This document shows positions 53,345-64,000 of a stretch of 64,000 bases of DNA, in pieces. Each line of letters opens with the position of its first letter. Within the stretch, counting starts at the first letter, position 1. Where the stretch lies: positions 20,336,001 to 20,400,000 of the forward strand of contig OX597823.1 in NCBI GenBank assembly GCA_951406725.2, in the 5' to 3' direction. The stretch is from Octopus vulgaris (Eukaryota). The notes below the pieces were generated by a model. It worked only from the letters and a program-made list of their open reading frames with translations. It was not told where the DNA came from and did no database searches. Made by a program: the position numbers and the translations under genes.

Positions 53345-54685
53345 CTGCCACAATCCTATGCGGGCGCGCGTGTTTTTGGATGTTTGTAAAAGCTTATACT
53401 GTTTTTCAATTGGTGACATTTTAAAACGTTTTTTTTAATTTTTCACGTGACAGAAACATAAGAGACACGTATATATTTTCTGAAAGGTGACATTACAATA
53501 CATCTTTTGATATCATTACTTTGTGGATAGTTTGAAGTCTGCTGTTTTTACATCCAACTGAAAATGGAGGAAATTAAAGATATATTTTCATCATTTGATG
53601 TCCTTTTATTTTCCGAAAGTGTGTGAGTTGGTTACATTGTACAAACCGTGAAAATGATATGGGCTGTTTACTGAGAGTGTGCCATCACTGAGAGAGCTGC
53701 TTGTAAGTTTTTTACAAGGTTTAGGAGTGGAAGTTTTAATTTGGAAGTTCGTGAACGCTCCGGTAGTCCTACAGTTATTGTTGAAGATGAAATGGGAAGG
53801 ATAATAAAAACTAATCAAGGTCACATGGCATAAGACATCGCAGCGATACTCCACATAGCTCATATGATTATCACAAGACATTTAAAAATACACGGCTACG
53901 TGACTCATTATGATGTGTCGGTACTTCATAACTAAACGTAGAGAAAACTTAATGGCGTACATCTGCATTTGTATTTCTCGGGTCAAACGCAATAAAAACG
54001 TTCTTTTTTTTAAAGATCGATCACAGGTGACGAAATATGTATTGTTTACAACAACATATATACATATATATGCATACATATATATGAAGTGAAGTGAAAA
54101 AAGTATTGGAGAAAACGAAATGAGCCACTTTTAATCATTCTACATGTCCACCAGTCTCTGAAGTAGGAGATGCTCTTATCTGGCAGGATTTGGAAGGACA
54201 TTACGTATTAGTAGCTTCAGCAAAACCAAATGTTGAATTGAATCATTGTTCTCAATAAGACCTATTAAAGGAAGCAATTAATGAAGAAGTCTAGAAATAG
54301 CCAGCTAGTAAGGTATGGTCTTCCTTCGGGATAACACCAAACCTCATGTTTCCTTGCAGATCCTTTAGAATTTAGTACAACTTTGTTGAGATGTCGTACG
54401 ACACCGATCGTTCTCACCTGACCTTCCACTTTCGAGTTAACGTTTATTTTGATTCCAACATAATTCTCTTAATGAGAAGAGCTTCAAGTCTTTGAAAGAC
54501 AATAAAAACCACTTAGACCAGTTCATGCCCCAGAAAATACCAAATTCTGGGAGAATGGGTTCATGAATCTGCCTCAAAAATGGCAAAAAGTAGTGGAACA
54601 AAATAGGACGTATGTGGTGAAATAAAGGTATGTTATCTAAATATTTTTATTGAATTGTGAAAAACGATACAAAACTTATAGACAC
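53345..54685 (+). mobile_element. Decayed mariner (DD34D-type) transposon
   Basis: Frameshifted transposase about 53564-54625 with remnants of WVPHEL, ITGDE (ATCACAGGTGACGAA), DNTKPH (HDNARPH-like) and FSPDL (YSPDLAPSD-like). Confidence 0.85.
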
Positions 54686-54691
54686 ACACAG

Positions 54692-54761
<70 letters not shown>

Positions 54762-54790
54762 ACACACACAAACACACACATACACACACA

Positions 54791-54897
54791 CAAATGTATA
54801 TGAATCAAAACAGTTTGATTCAAATTCGTTGGTACTCCGAGTTTCAAGCGTGATGCTAGTATTCAGCCATTTTGAATTTGAACGAAAGACGTTGATT
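54791..54897 (-). repeat. Dispersed ~105-bp element, reverse copy of 18721-18828
   Basis: Shares GATTCAAATTCGTTGGTACTCCGAGTTTCAAGCGTGATGCTAGT exactly, in reverse complement. Confidence 0.85.
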
Positions 54898-56071
54898 CTT
54901 ACTTCCGTAAGGTGGGCTGCGATTGCTCAAGGAAGGTCACATGCGGTTTGATGTTGGTATATCGCTATATCAGCGACATAAGTAGTTGGAAAATACCGCA
55001 TGGGGAAGGGGAAATCGAACGCGTGGTCGACAGGAAGTCGGTCGGGTTGTTGGAGCGGAAGTAGGGGAAGTAGGAAGGAGGGGTATGTGCAAGTATATAG
55101 TAGTATATGTGAGTGTGTGGACGCGCTCATATGATTATAAATATATATATATATATAATGGAATCTCCCGTCGACGACGACGCATGTGTGTACCACTTTT
55201 GGCCGAACGGCCTGCACATATGATTTGTTTATAGTGATCTAATATATGTGATGTACATTAGCTCGCTCCCTCCATCAAATCGACGTCGTCTGAACACGGG
55301 CACAGAAAACTGTCAAATGCCAATACATAGAAATTTTGCCTTCCTGCGATACAGATGTTGTTCAAAGGAAAGGCCACCGATTTGGGCCGGTACAACTCTG
55401 GCATCGATTTTGTCGCATGTCTTTTCGGAACCGGTACCCTTAGACGTATCGCCAGACGCAAAAAATTCTTCCTGCCCTACATGTATCTTGTATACCATTC
55501 CGAAACCTCCATTTTTTGTATTTCGGTTTTTATCAAACTCGGCCATGAATTTTACTTTCCCCCGTTATCATAGGTGCACCGTTTTGCGTAACAAAGGTCT
55601 TCAGTCGAAACCAAGAAAATGTGGCATTTTCAGAAAGAAATACACAAGCAAATAACTAAAATATTGTGTAAATTCTCCATTTATATAATCGATTGGGCGA
55701 AAAATGTTGTGAAACATTTCAAAGATTTTCCATTTTAGAACCCTAGGGTCACAAATGGACGCATGCGTACAGACGCGCCTTTACTCACTAATAGTAAGCG
55801 TGCAATAATATATACACCCACATAGACACCCACACCCACACACGGACACACACACACAGACACACATAGATACAAATACCCCCCACACACATATATAAAC
55901 ACACCATGCGCACACTCACACACATGCACACACGCACTCACATTTATATGTGTGCTTGTATGTACGTGTGTTATATACGTGTGTATGTGTGTGCGTGTGA
56001 GTGCGTGTATGTATCTGTATGTGTGTGTGTGTGCTCGTCTGTTTGTTTCCTTGTGTGTGTGTGTGCGCGTG

Positions 56072-56163
<92 letters not shown>

Positions 56164-56623
56164 TATTTGAACTCGATTATCAGAAACTGCTAGAACCTTT
56201 GATTCAAAGAAGGAAGCCTTCCTATTTTCTTAGCGATTCACTTTTATCCTTTTATGAAGAGCTTAAATTTCAACTAAAACAAAGTGTGTACAAAGGATTA
56301 CAATCGTTGCATTCTATCTATCGCTCCACTGCTACGCTAGTTTGCTCTTCTTTCTGTCTATCCTTATCTATCTTTTTTATCTTTTGCATCTCTTTATTTC
56401 AAACTAAAACCATATATGCGCGTCTCTTCTCTTCTTTTCTCTTTTTCTTTTGTTGAAGCTCTTTTTTCTCTCTTTCTTCACGCACATACATCCACATATT
56501 CCAACATGAAATTACGTCCGAGCCAGAGGTGGAATCAAAATACAAATTGCCTGATTCGAATTGGTCGATCTCTAATACGGAAATAAATGAGAATTAGCTT
56601 TTAAGAATACAAGATTCAATTTC

Positions 56624-56830
56624 ATGAGATTATATGGTAGAAATAACATTGTTCAAAGTTTTGGCAAGCATTCTTGTGAATCTGAAGGGAATTGGGCAGC
56701 CAGATTAAATTCCAGAATGACTGTGCAACACATAACTACTGAAAATGACACTCTTGGATACAACACACATGGACAGAGAGAACGGTCTGTCCAAATCAGA
56801 GTGTTTCAAAGAAGATCGGTGTAGTACACA
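56624..56830 (+). pseudogene. Possible RTE-clade LINE C-terminal remnant
   Basis: NWAARLNSRMT...LGY...GQRERS loosely resembles the W.GH..RM...G.R.RGRP end motif of RTE ORFs. Confidence 0.3.
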
Positions 56831-56888
56831 ACAATTCAGGATGGCTTGCATTCGTATAATATCCATAACATACATGCAGACACACATA

Positions 56889-56929
<41 letters not shown>

Positions 56930-57202
56930 GAACATATACATCTACAAATGCACATACACATATATGCATATTTATGTAAATATATATAAATATACACATA
57001 CATATACACATAATTATATATATATATGTATGCATGTTATATACGTATGTATATACAAACATATATACACGTATACTCACACACAAGCACACACACAAGC
57101 ACACACACGTACACAAGCACACACAGAGACATGCATATTATATATATGTGTGTATATATATATACTCGTACATATATCTATATACGTATATACACACATA
57201 TA

Positions 57203-57261
<59 letters not shown>

Positions 57262-58149
57262 TTATATATATATAGGTGTATGCATGTAATATACGTATGT
57301 ACATACATATATACACATATATATATATTCACACATACACACCCACACAAAAGCACACATACTCATACCTACATACAAAGATATAACTATATATTTACGC
57401 GCAAACTCACACACACAAACACACACATGGAGACCGAAACACACAAACACACCTAGAAACAAACAAACATGTGTGCATATGTGTGTATGTGTGTATATGT
57501 GTATGTGTGTGTGTATGTGTGTGTGTGTGTTCGTGTGTGTGTGTGTATGTGTGTGTTTGTGCGTGCATGCGCTTGTGCGTGTTTGTCCAGATTAATGTCA
57601 CTAGAAAGCTTCGCGGATTTAAGATCGGAGCAGAAAAGTAAATAAATTGGCTGGAAACGGATAAAATCCGTGCAATTCTAGGTGTTCGTATATATTTTAT
57701 AACCACCTTCATGCACGTGCATGAATGTATATACACATAGACACATATTAAACCCGCCCACATAACACACACGGACATACATTCACATGCAGTCACACAC
57801 ACACACATATTTGCACACAAACATATGCACACAAATTCTCTCTCGTACACAGACACAAACATTCACACGAATACATATACACATATATACATAGACATAC
57901 ACAGACACACACATTCACACACACATACAAACATAAATGCACTTGTGCACACACCCACACAAGGCGTATTTACACGGGTGGAAATTAAAAAAACAATTAA
58001 AAAAAACAATAGAAGTTTCCCATTGTTTAAATGGAAAAGCAAAATCCTTTCCGGCTAAGTCCACCTAAGATGATACTCAGAGTTTTCCCATCCAGGTATT
58101 AATATAGACGAGCGAGAGAATCTTAGTGGTCTAAGCCTGACCAAAACAT

Positions 58150-58640
58150 TTTCTTGTCTACTCTAGGCACAAGGCCCGAAATTTGGGGGGGAGAGGGTCA
58201 GTCGATTACATCGACTCCAGTATGCAAATGGTACTTAATTTATCGCCCCCGAAAGGATGAAAAGCAAATTTGACCTCGGCGGAATTTGAACTCAGAACAT
58301 AAAGACAAACAAAATACCTTTTTCTTTACTACTCACAAGGGGCTAAACACAGAGAGGACAAACAAGGACAGACAAACGGATTAAGTCGATTATATTGACC
58401 CCAGTGCGTAACTGGTACTTATTTAATTGACCCCGAAAGGATGAAAGTCAATGTCGACCTCGACGGAATTTGAACTCAGAATGTAACCGCAGGCGAAATA
58501 CCTATTTCTTTACTACCCACAAGGGGCTAAACACAGAGAGGACAAACAAAGACAGACAAACGGAATAAGTCGATTACATCAACCCCAGTGCGTAACTGGT
58601 ACTTAATTTATCGACTCCAAAAGGATTACAGGCAAAGTGG
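58150..58640 (-). mobile_element. SINE family A, multimeric, headless
   Basis: About 2.7 reverse-complement body units. Confidence 0.85.
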
Positions 58641-58859
58641 AGACCCTTGTTCGAAAAAAATTTACCCATACAGACAACAGACTTCACTAAGCTCCCCCAA
58701 AACAAATACTTTACCTGTGGTCATGCTTCAAATGTTCAATTTTTTACGTACGACGTGACTTCCACTGCGACGAAAAACAACGCGACAACTTGGTAGCAGT
58801 AAGCAAGCAACTTACCACACAGCCACTCCTACGCCATTAATTTGAGTTTTATTTGTGAA

Positions 58860-58985
58860 ATACAGTTGTTTTGAATTTGCTACAGAAAGAGGTCTATGCT
58901 TGAGATGGTTAGTTGGGGTGAGGGCGCTAGGAATATAACCTGGGTGTCAAGAGGGCGGCAGCCCCCAAAAGTTTGGGAACCCCTG
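58860..58985. mobile_element. hAT-like terminal fragment
   Basis: Ends AAAAGTTTGGGAACCCCTG (reverse CAGGGGTTCCCAAAC), typical of hAT/Charlie TIRs; partner end not found. Confidence 0.45.
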
Positions 58986-60312
58986 GTTCAAACGCTTGTT
59001 TTCAGTTTTTTAGTTATCCCTAATTTCATACGTTCTGAGCAATGCAAAGCTTTCTTTTCACAAGTCGCATGTTAATTTGGGGTTTCAAAAAAATTGAGAA
59101 TATGGAGCATTTTTTGTATCGACTCCAGTGTAATATGTCCTGCGTAACATTGGTCAGACACACATCATAATAAAACCGTTTAGCAAATTTAGCCCAGACA
59201 CACATACGCGCGCATTTGCACACACAAACACACAGATACGCACATTCGCACATAGACACAAATACACACAGACACACATACTCACGCAGACACATACACA
59301 CAGAGTCATACACACACATAGATACACACACACTTACTCAGACAAACACACACACACACTCACATACTCAGACAAACACACACACACACTCATACATACT
59401 CATACACAGACATACGTACACTCACACACAGACAGACAGACACACATTCCCACACACAAACACACACCTGAGTGTGTGTCTGTATACATAAATTATTTAT
59501 ATATAAGAAGATAATGTTGAACAATTGTAGTGATGAATGCTATTGAATCAGAAACTCTTGTCCACGACTATCCTCTCATCTCCAGACGATAAGCCCGTCC
59601 CTTTACCAAATAACATGTCAGTTTTGTAGAATACTTGAATCTCGAAATTGTCTGTCCTTCTCAAGTGGAACTGGCCATAATATAATTTGGTAATCATGAA
59701 ATATTTTAGAGGTGGAGATAATTTTAATAAATAATGAATTTTTGTTGTAATGTATTCGACAAACCGGTATCTGTCTATGTTATTCAAATAGATGCCAATT
59801 CGAATTATTTCTCAGCTAATTTCATACTTAAACAATGGACATATGTGTGTGTGTATGTGCGTGTATGTGTGTGTGTGTGGGGGTGTGTGTGTGTGCATAG
59901 AGACACCTCTAGACATAGAGATTCAAATGAGATTTTACACTATTTTTACGATATAGTTTAAACATAACGCCCCCACACAATAGCAAATGGGACAACTATT
60001 TCTCATTTTTTTTTAATTGTTCATACGCTTCTTTGATCTGTAGAATTTACCTGGCTTCAGTTGCACAATAAAGCAATTATCTCAATTCAAACATGTAAGA
60101 TGATGTAATTAATTCTCGAATCGTTTCTTCTGTTCTGTTTTCTTTCTCTTTCTTTCACTCCACCTCGATCCATTTCTTTGTACGTACATACATACGTAAA
60201 TACACATAGACACATACATATGTATACATACATGTACATATATATACACACATTGGCTATGTGTTCATATTAAAGTGTTGTTTGTGATTTTCAGTGAATA
60301 TATTCTCTTTAT

Positions 60313-61018
60313 TTAACCGTTGTTGATATAAATTGATTCCGAGCATAGGTAAATGAGTAAAACAGTGAAGTTTGGTTGGAGATTCCGTGTACATCTCTCT
60401 GTGTGATCGCTTAAATATATTTGTCTATACCTTAGCATAGGAATCTGTTCCTTATGCAGTACCCGAGGGATATCCTCGTTTGACCTACATCCTGAACAGG
60501 TTATCACGTAAATTAAATTTTCGGATGCATAGGTAAAGCCAGACTCAATTATAAACTTCTGTCCTTCTTTGAAGTGGAATTCCAAGACCTCCTGTAGGTC
60601 GGGACATATTCCACAGATTGGACGCCGCACCTTTTAACTCTTGGTTCCATTGTTGTTGTGTATAATTTCACAACTGCCAGTATTCGTTTTAGTGTTTTAG
60701 GTTGTTTTTTTTTCCTTTTTATTTTTGATGAATCTGTGTGTTTGTAGAATGTAGTTTATCTTAAACTCCCTAGTGAGCACAGGTAAATTTTGGTTAATGG
60801 TGTTATATGCATTAATATTTCTAGGGCTGTGTGTTGAAATATAAAATAGAATTTTTAAATGAAGTAAAGAATTTTGTTTTGTTTCCCTGATTGTTTGAAT
60901 ATCTATTTTCTTGGCACGTTTAACCCCGTCATCTATTGGTGAAGGCGGGTAGTGTTTCGCGACTAGTGCGGTCTTAAGTTCAAGAAGTCGAAGGCCCCGG
61001 ATATTTGCATCAGATACT
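60313..61018 (-). pseudogene. Penelope-like element remnant: RT C-terminal/linker region and GIY-YIG endonuclease
   Basis: ORF 60313-60630 has CGICP...FTYASENLIYVITCSGC, the cysteine linker plus N-[LV]-IY motif of PLE GIY-YIG domains; upstream frames read HYPPSPID...KRAK. Confidence 0.75.
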
Positions 61019-61030
61019 AAAGAAAATGGT

Positions 61031-61103
61031 GGTTAAGTTGGTGCAATCGGTCAGCACACTTATCACGAAAATAAGAGAAGTGAGTTCGATTCCCACGCGA
61101 ACT
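61031..61103 (+). pseudogene. tRNA-like sequence (pseudogene or SINE head)
   Basis: D-arm TGGTGCAATCGGTCAGCAC, anticodon arm CTTAT-CACGAAA-ATAAG, T-arm GTGAG-TTCGATT-CCCAC; acceptor stem mismatched. Confidence 0.55.
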
Positions 61104-61465
61104 AATACCCATTTTTCCGTCGATGGCCTATGTACTCCAATATTATGCCGTTTTCTTTAGCCAAACACGGTGAACGCTTATAAGCTTTAAGAAACTAATT
61201 ATTATTTACAAAATTTTCACTCGTCATCGATTCCTAATTTAACATACACACAGGCACAAACACACACAGACACACAAATATATTCGGCGACCTTCTTTCA
61301 GTTTCCTTCTACCAAATCTACTCCCAAGGCTTCGGTCAATCTGAGGCTATATTAGAAACCATCTACGTCATTTCCCGGCTGTTAGGCCGAGAGTACAGAC
61401 CTGTAGTGAGCGCTCATCGGATTTTCATTTATGCGCAAGATTCTCGAACGCATTAATGAGAAACC

Positions 61466-61895
61466 TTAAATACATGTCTCATCACCGGAGATGGTCTTCA
61501 TGAAGTCTGGGTCGTAGTTTGCACAGTCTAAAGCGATTTCCATGCGGTGTCGCCTTTGCTGCTCTGCCAGTGCCTTGGGGACGAATTTCGCCGACACTCT
61601 CCGCATCTTCAAATCCTTCATTAAAATAGATTGCTTTGATCGTCTGCTTTTTCCCATTTGGTGAGCAATTTGCTGAATTGTTACACAGTGGTCTCCCAAG
61701 ACTATTCGGCGAACCTTCTCGATCTTCTTTTCCTCTCAGCTTGTGAATGTCCTACATGAGCGTTCCTTGCTCCTTACTGAAGTGTGGCTATGTTTAAAGC
61801 GGTCATACACTCCTTCATCTGCGTTTTGCCGCTGGCATCTTCGCCAAAGACCTGTCGAGTCATCTGGAAGGTTTGAACATCACCAAGCTTTTGGT
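61466..61895 (-). pseudogene. Mariner transposase N-terminal fragment
   Basis: ORF 61466-61699 has RRVSAKFVPKAL (WVPHEL-equivalent) and ISGDET (first catalytic D motif). Confidence 0.8.
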
Positions 61896-61951
61896 GAAAC
61901 CTGATGCAATATCGCAGTTCGCTGCGTACCAATGTCTAAATCTATCTATAA

Positions 61952-61984
<33 letters not shown>

Positions 61985-62194
61985 TGTATGTATGTATGTA
62001 TGTATGTAGAGAGAGAGAGAAAGAGAGAGTCACATAAACATACATAGCTACATAAATATTAACATATATATCAGTTATATATACATTCTTCTAACACATT
62101 TACAAATGTCAAATGTGTCGAAGTTTAAATATATACATATGTATGTGTGTATACGCGCACACACACATATATATATATATGCATATATATATAC

Positions 62195-62235
<41 letters not shown>

Positions 62236-62888
62236 TGTACATATATAAATATATATGCATGTATGCATATATGTGTATATATATATGTACATGTGTATGT
62301 ATGTATCTATCTATATATGTATGTGTATATGTTTGTATGTTTATGTTTATGGTGTAACATCAAACATGCAAATTTATTCAGGAAGAATCCTTAGAGATAT
62401 TAATCTGTTTCTCAACCAAAAGCTGATTTTGAAAGGAGAATGAATTTGCTGTGGAAAGAACGATGAAAATTCTATTAGAGTCAACTAATTCGCGCAAAGG
62501 TTATTTGGAAACCATTTCACTCTTAAACTTGAATTTAAATCGGAATCAAATGATTTCGTGATATATTATGGTCCAAAGTTCTCAACATTAATGACGTCGT
62601 GTAAAATAGATTGTCATAAATCATCAATGAGAACCTACACCAAGTTTGCATTTATAATCGAAATATATATGTCCATTTGTATTCACATCTATGCAGCAGT
62701 GTATACATCAAATACACACACACATACATACATACATACACACACACATGTTCTAATCTACATTTGTTGTGGGGCCATCCTTTAGGAATTCAAGTGTGTG
62801 TAGAGAGTGTACTACATCTTAGCCATAATTATATACTGATAAGGACTAATACCATCTATTAGGAACCCCAGCTACATAGTATGTCATA

Positions 62889-62924
<36 letters not shown>

Positions 62925-63073
62925 TGTATGTATGTATGTATGTATGTATGTATGTATGTATGTATGTATACATACATATACATATATAATAATAACGGTA
63001 TGACAACAAAAGAATGAATGAGACCTCGATACTATGTAAATAGAAGAATTTATCTGTAATATAATATGTGACA

Positions 63074-63096
63074 TCTATCTATCTATCTACCTACCC

Positions 63097-63192
<96 letters not shown>

Positions 63193-63224
63193 GTCTGTCT
63201 ATCTATCTATCTATCTACCTACCC

Positions 63225-63316
<92 letters not shown>

Positions 63317-63320
63317 CTAT
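63074..63320. repeat. (TATC)n microsatellite
   Basis: Direct reading. Confidence 0.97.
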
Positions 63321-63377
63321 TCATCTATCTATTTATGTATCTATTTATCTTTCTATTTTTCTATCTATCTATCAATC

Positions 63378-63442
<65 letters not shown>

Positions 63443-64000
63443 GTATATGTATATATACACACCCATACACACATGCACACGCATACGCACGCACTCACAC
63501 ACACAAAACAACCGATCTTTTCAATTTCTCTTTTATATAAATTTAACGATAACAATTCTACAACATAATCTAAATCCAACGACGTAATCTAAATCCTGTG
63601 GCAGTGCAAGGGTGACTGTAGCCCTACATCCTCATATTTTCCCTAACAGCCAACTACAAATGTTATTAACTGCTACCCGGAAGCAGTCATAAGAAAACAA
63701 ATTACTGTTTTTTCTATAAAAAAAAAGCATATAAACATCCAGACTGATCCTCAGAAAGATTAATTTAATTTATTTCAGTTCCTTTTTCTTTTATTTCAGT
63801 ATGAATAGATCGTCTTTTTAAAACGATGGAAAACGGTAGCCCCCCTTCGTTAAAGATATAAATAATGTCTTACTTTCTGCCATTTTTTTCTCTTCATCTT
63901 TTTCAATATAAATGGACTCGCGTGAAACTTCTTAACCTGTTATGTATGTACATATGAGTGTATGCATGAATTCATGCATGTATGTCTGTATGTATGCATG

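Noticed and set aside
55313-55546. GGFGMVYK resembles a protein kinase glycine-rich loop
   Set aside because: First glycine missing, no VAxK or other kinase subdomains and no convincing exon structure; probably chance within an unclassified repeat.

Overview
Eukaryotic, AT-rich, repeat-saturated intergenic or intronic DNA. The SINE set and the (TA)n/(CA)n landscape resemble an octopus genome (inference). No intact host gene is supportable, and most ORFs in the track are translated microsatellites. Ordinary content: several tRNA-derived SINE families, decayed Tc1/mariner elements and MITEs, a TTAA-flanked piggyBac derivative, non-autonomous Helitrons, a LINE ORF1 remnant, a Gypsy-like remnant and a Penelope-like GIY-YIG remnant. 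The standout is 38034-45018: 14 full copies plus one partial copy of a near-identical 489-bp unit. On the minus strand each unit folds by eye into a complete type I hammerhead ribozyme (8-bp stem I, CUGA[A/C]GA core, 68-nt extended stem II, GAAA, near-palindromic stem III, GUA cleavage site) inside a highly structured RNA. This looks like a retrozyme or circular-RNA-producing satellite. About nine further hammerhead-like motifs from several unrelated families sit in short modules between (TA)n tracts across the window. All structures were derived by hand. No folding program or database search was run.
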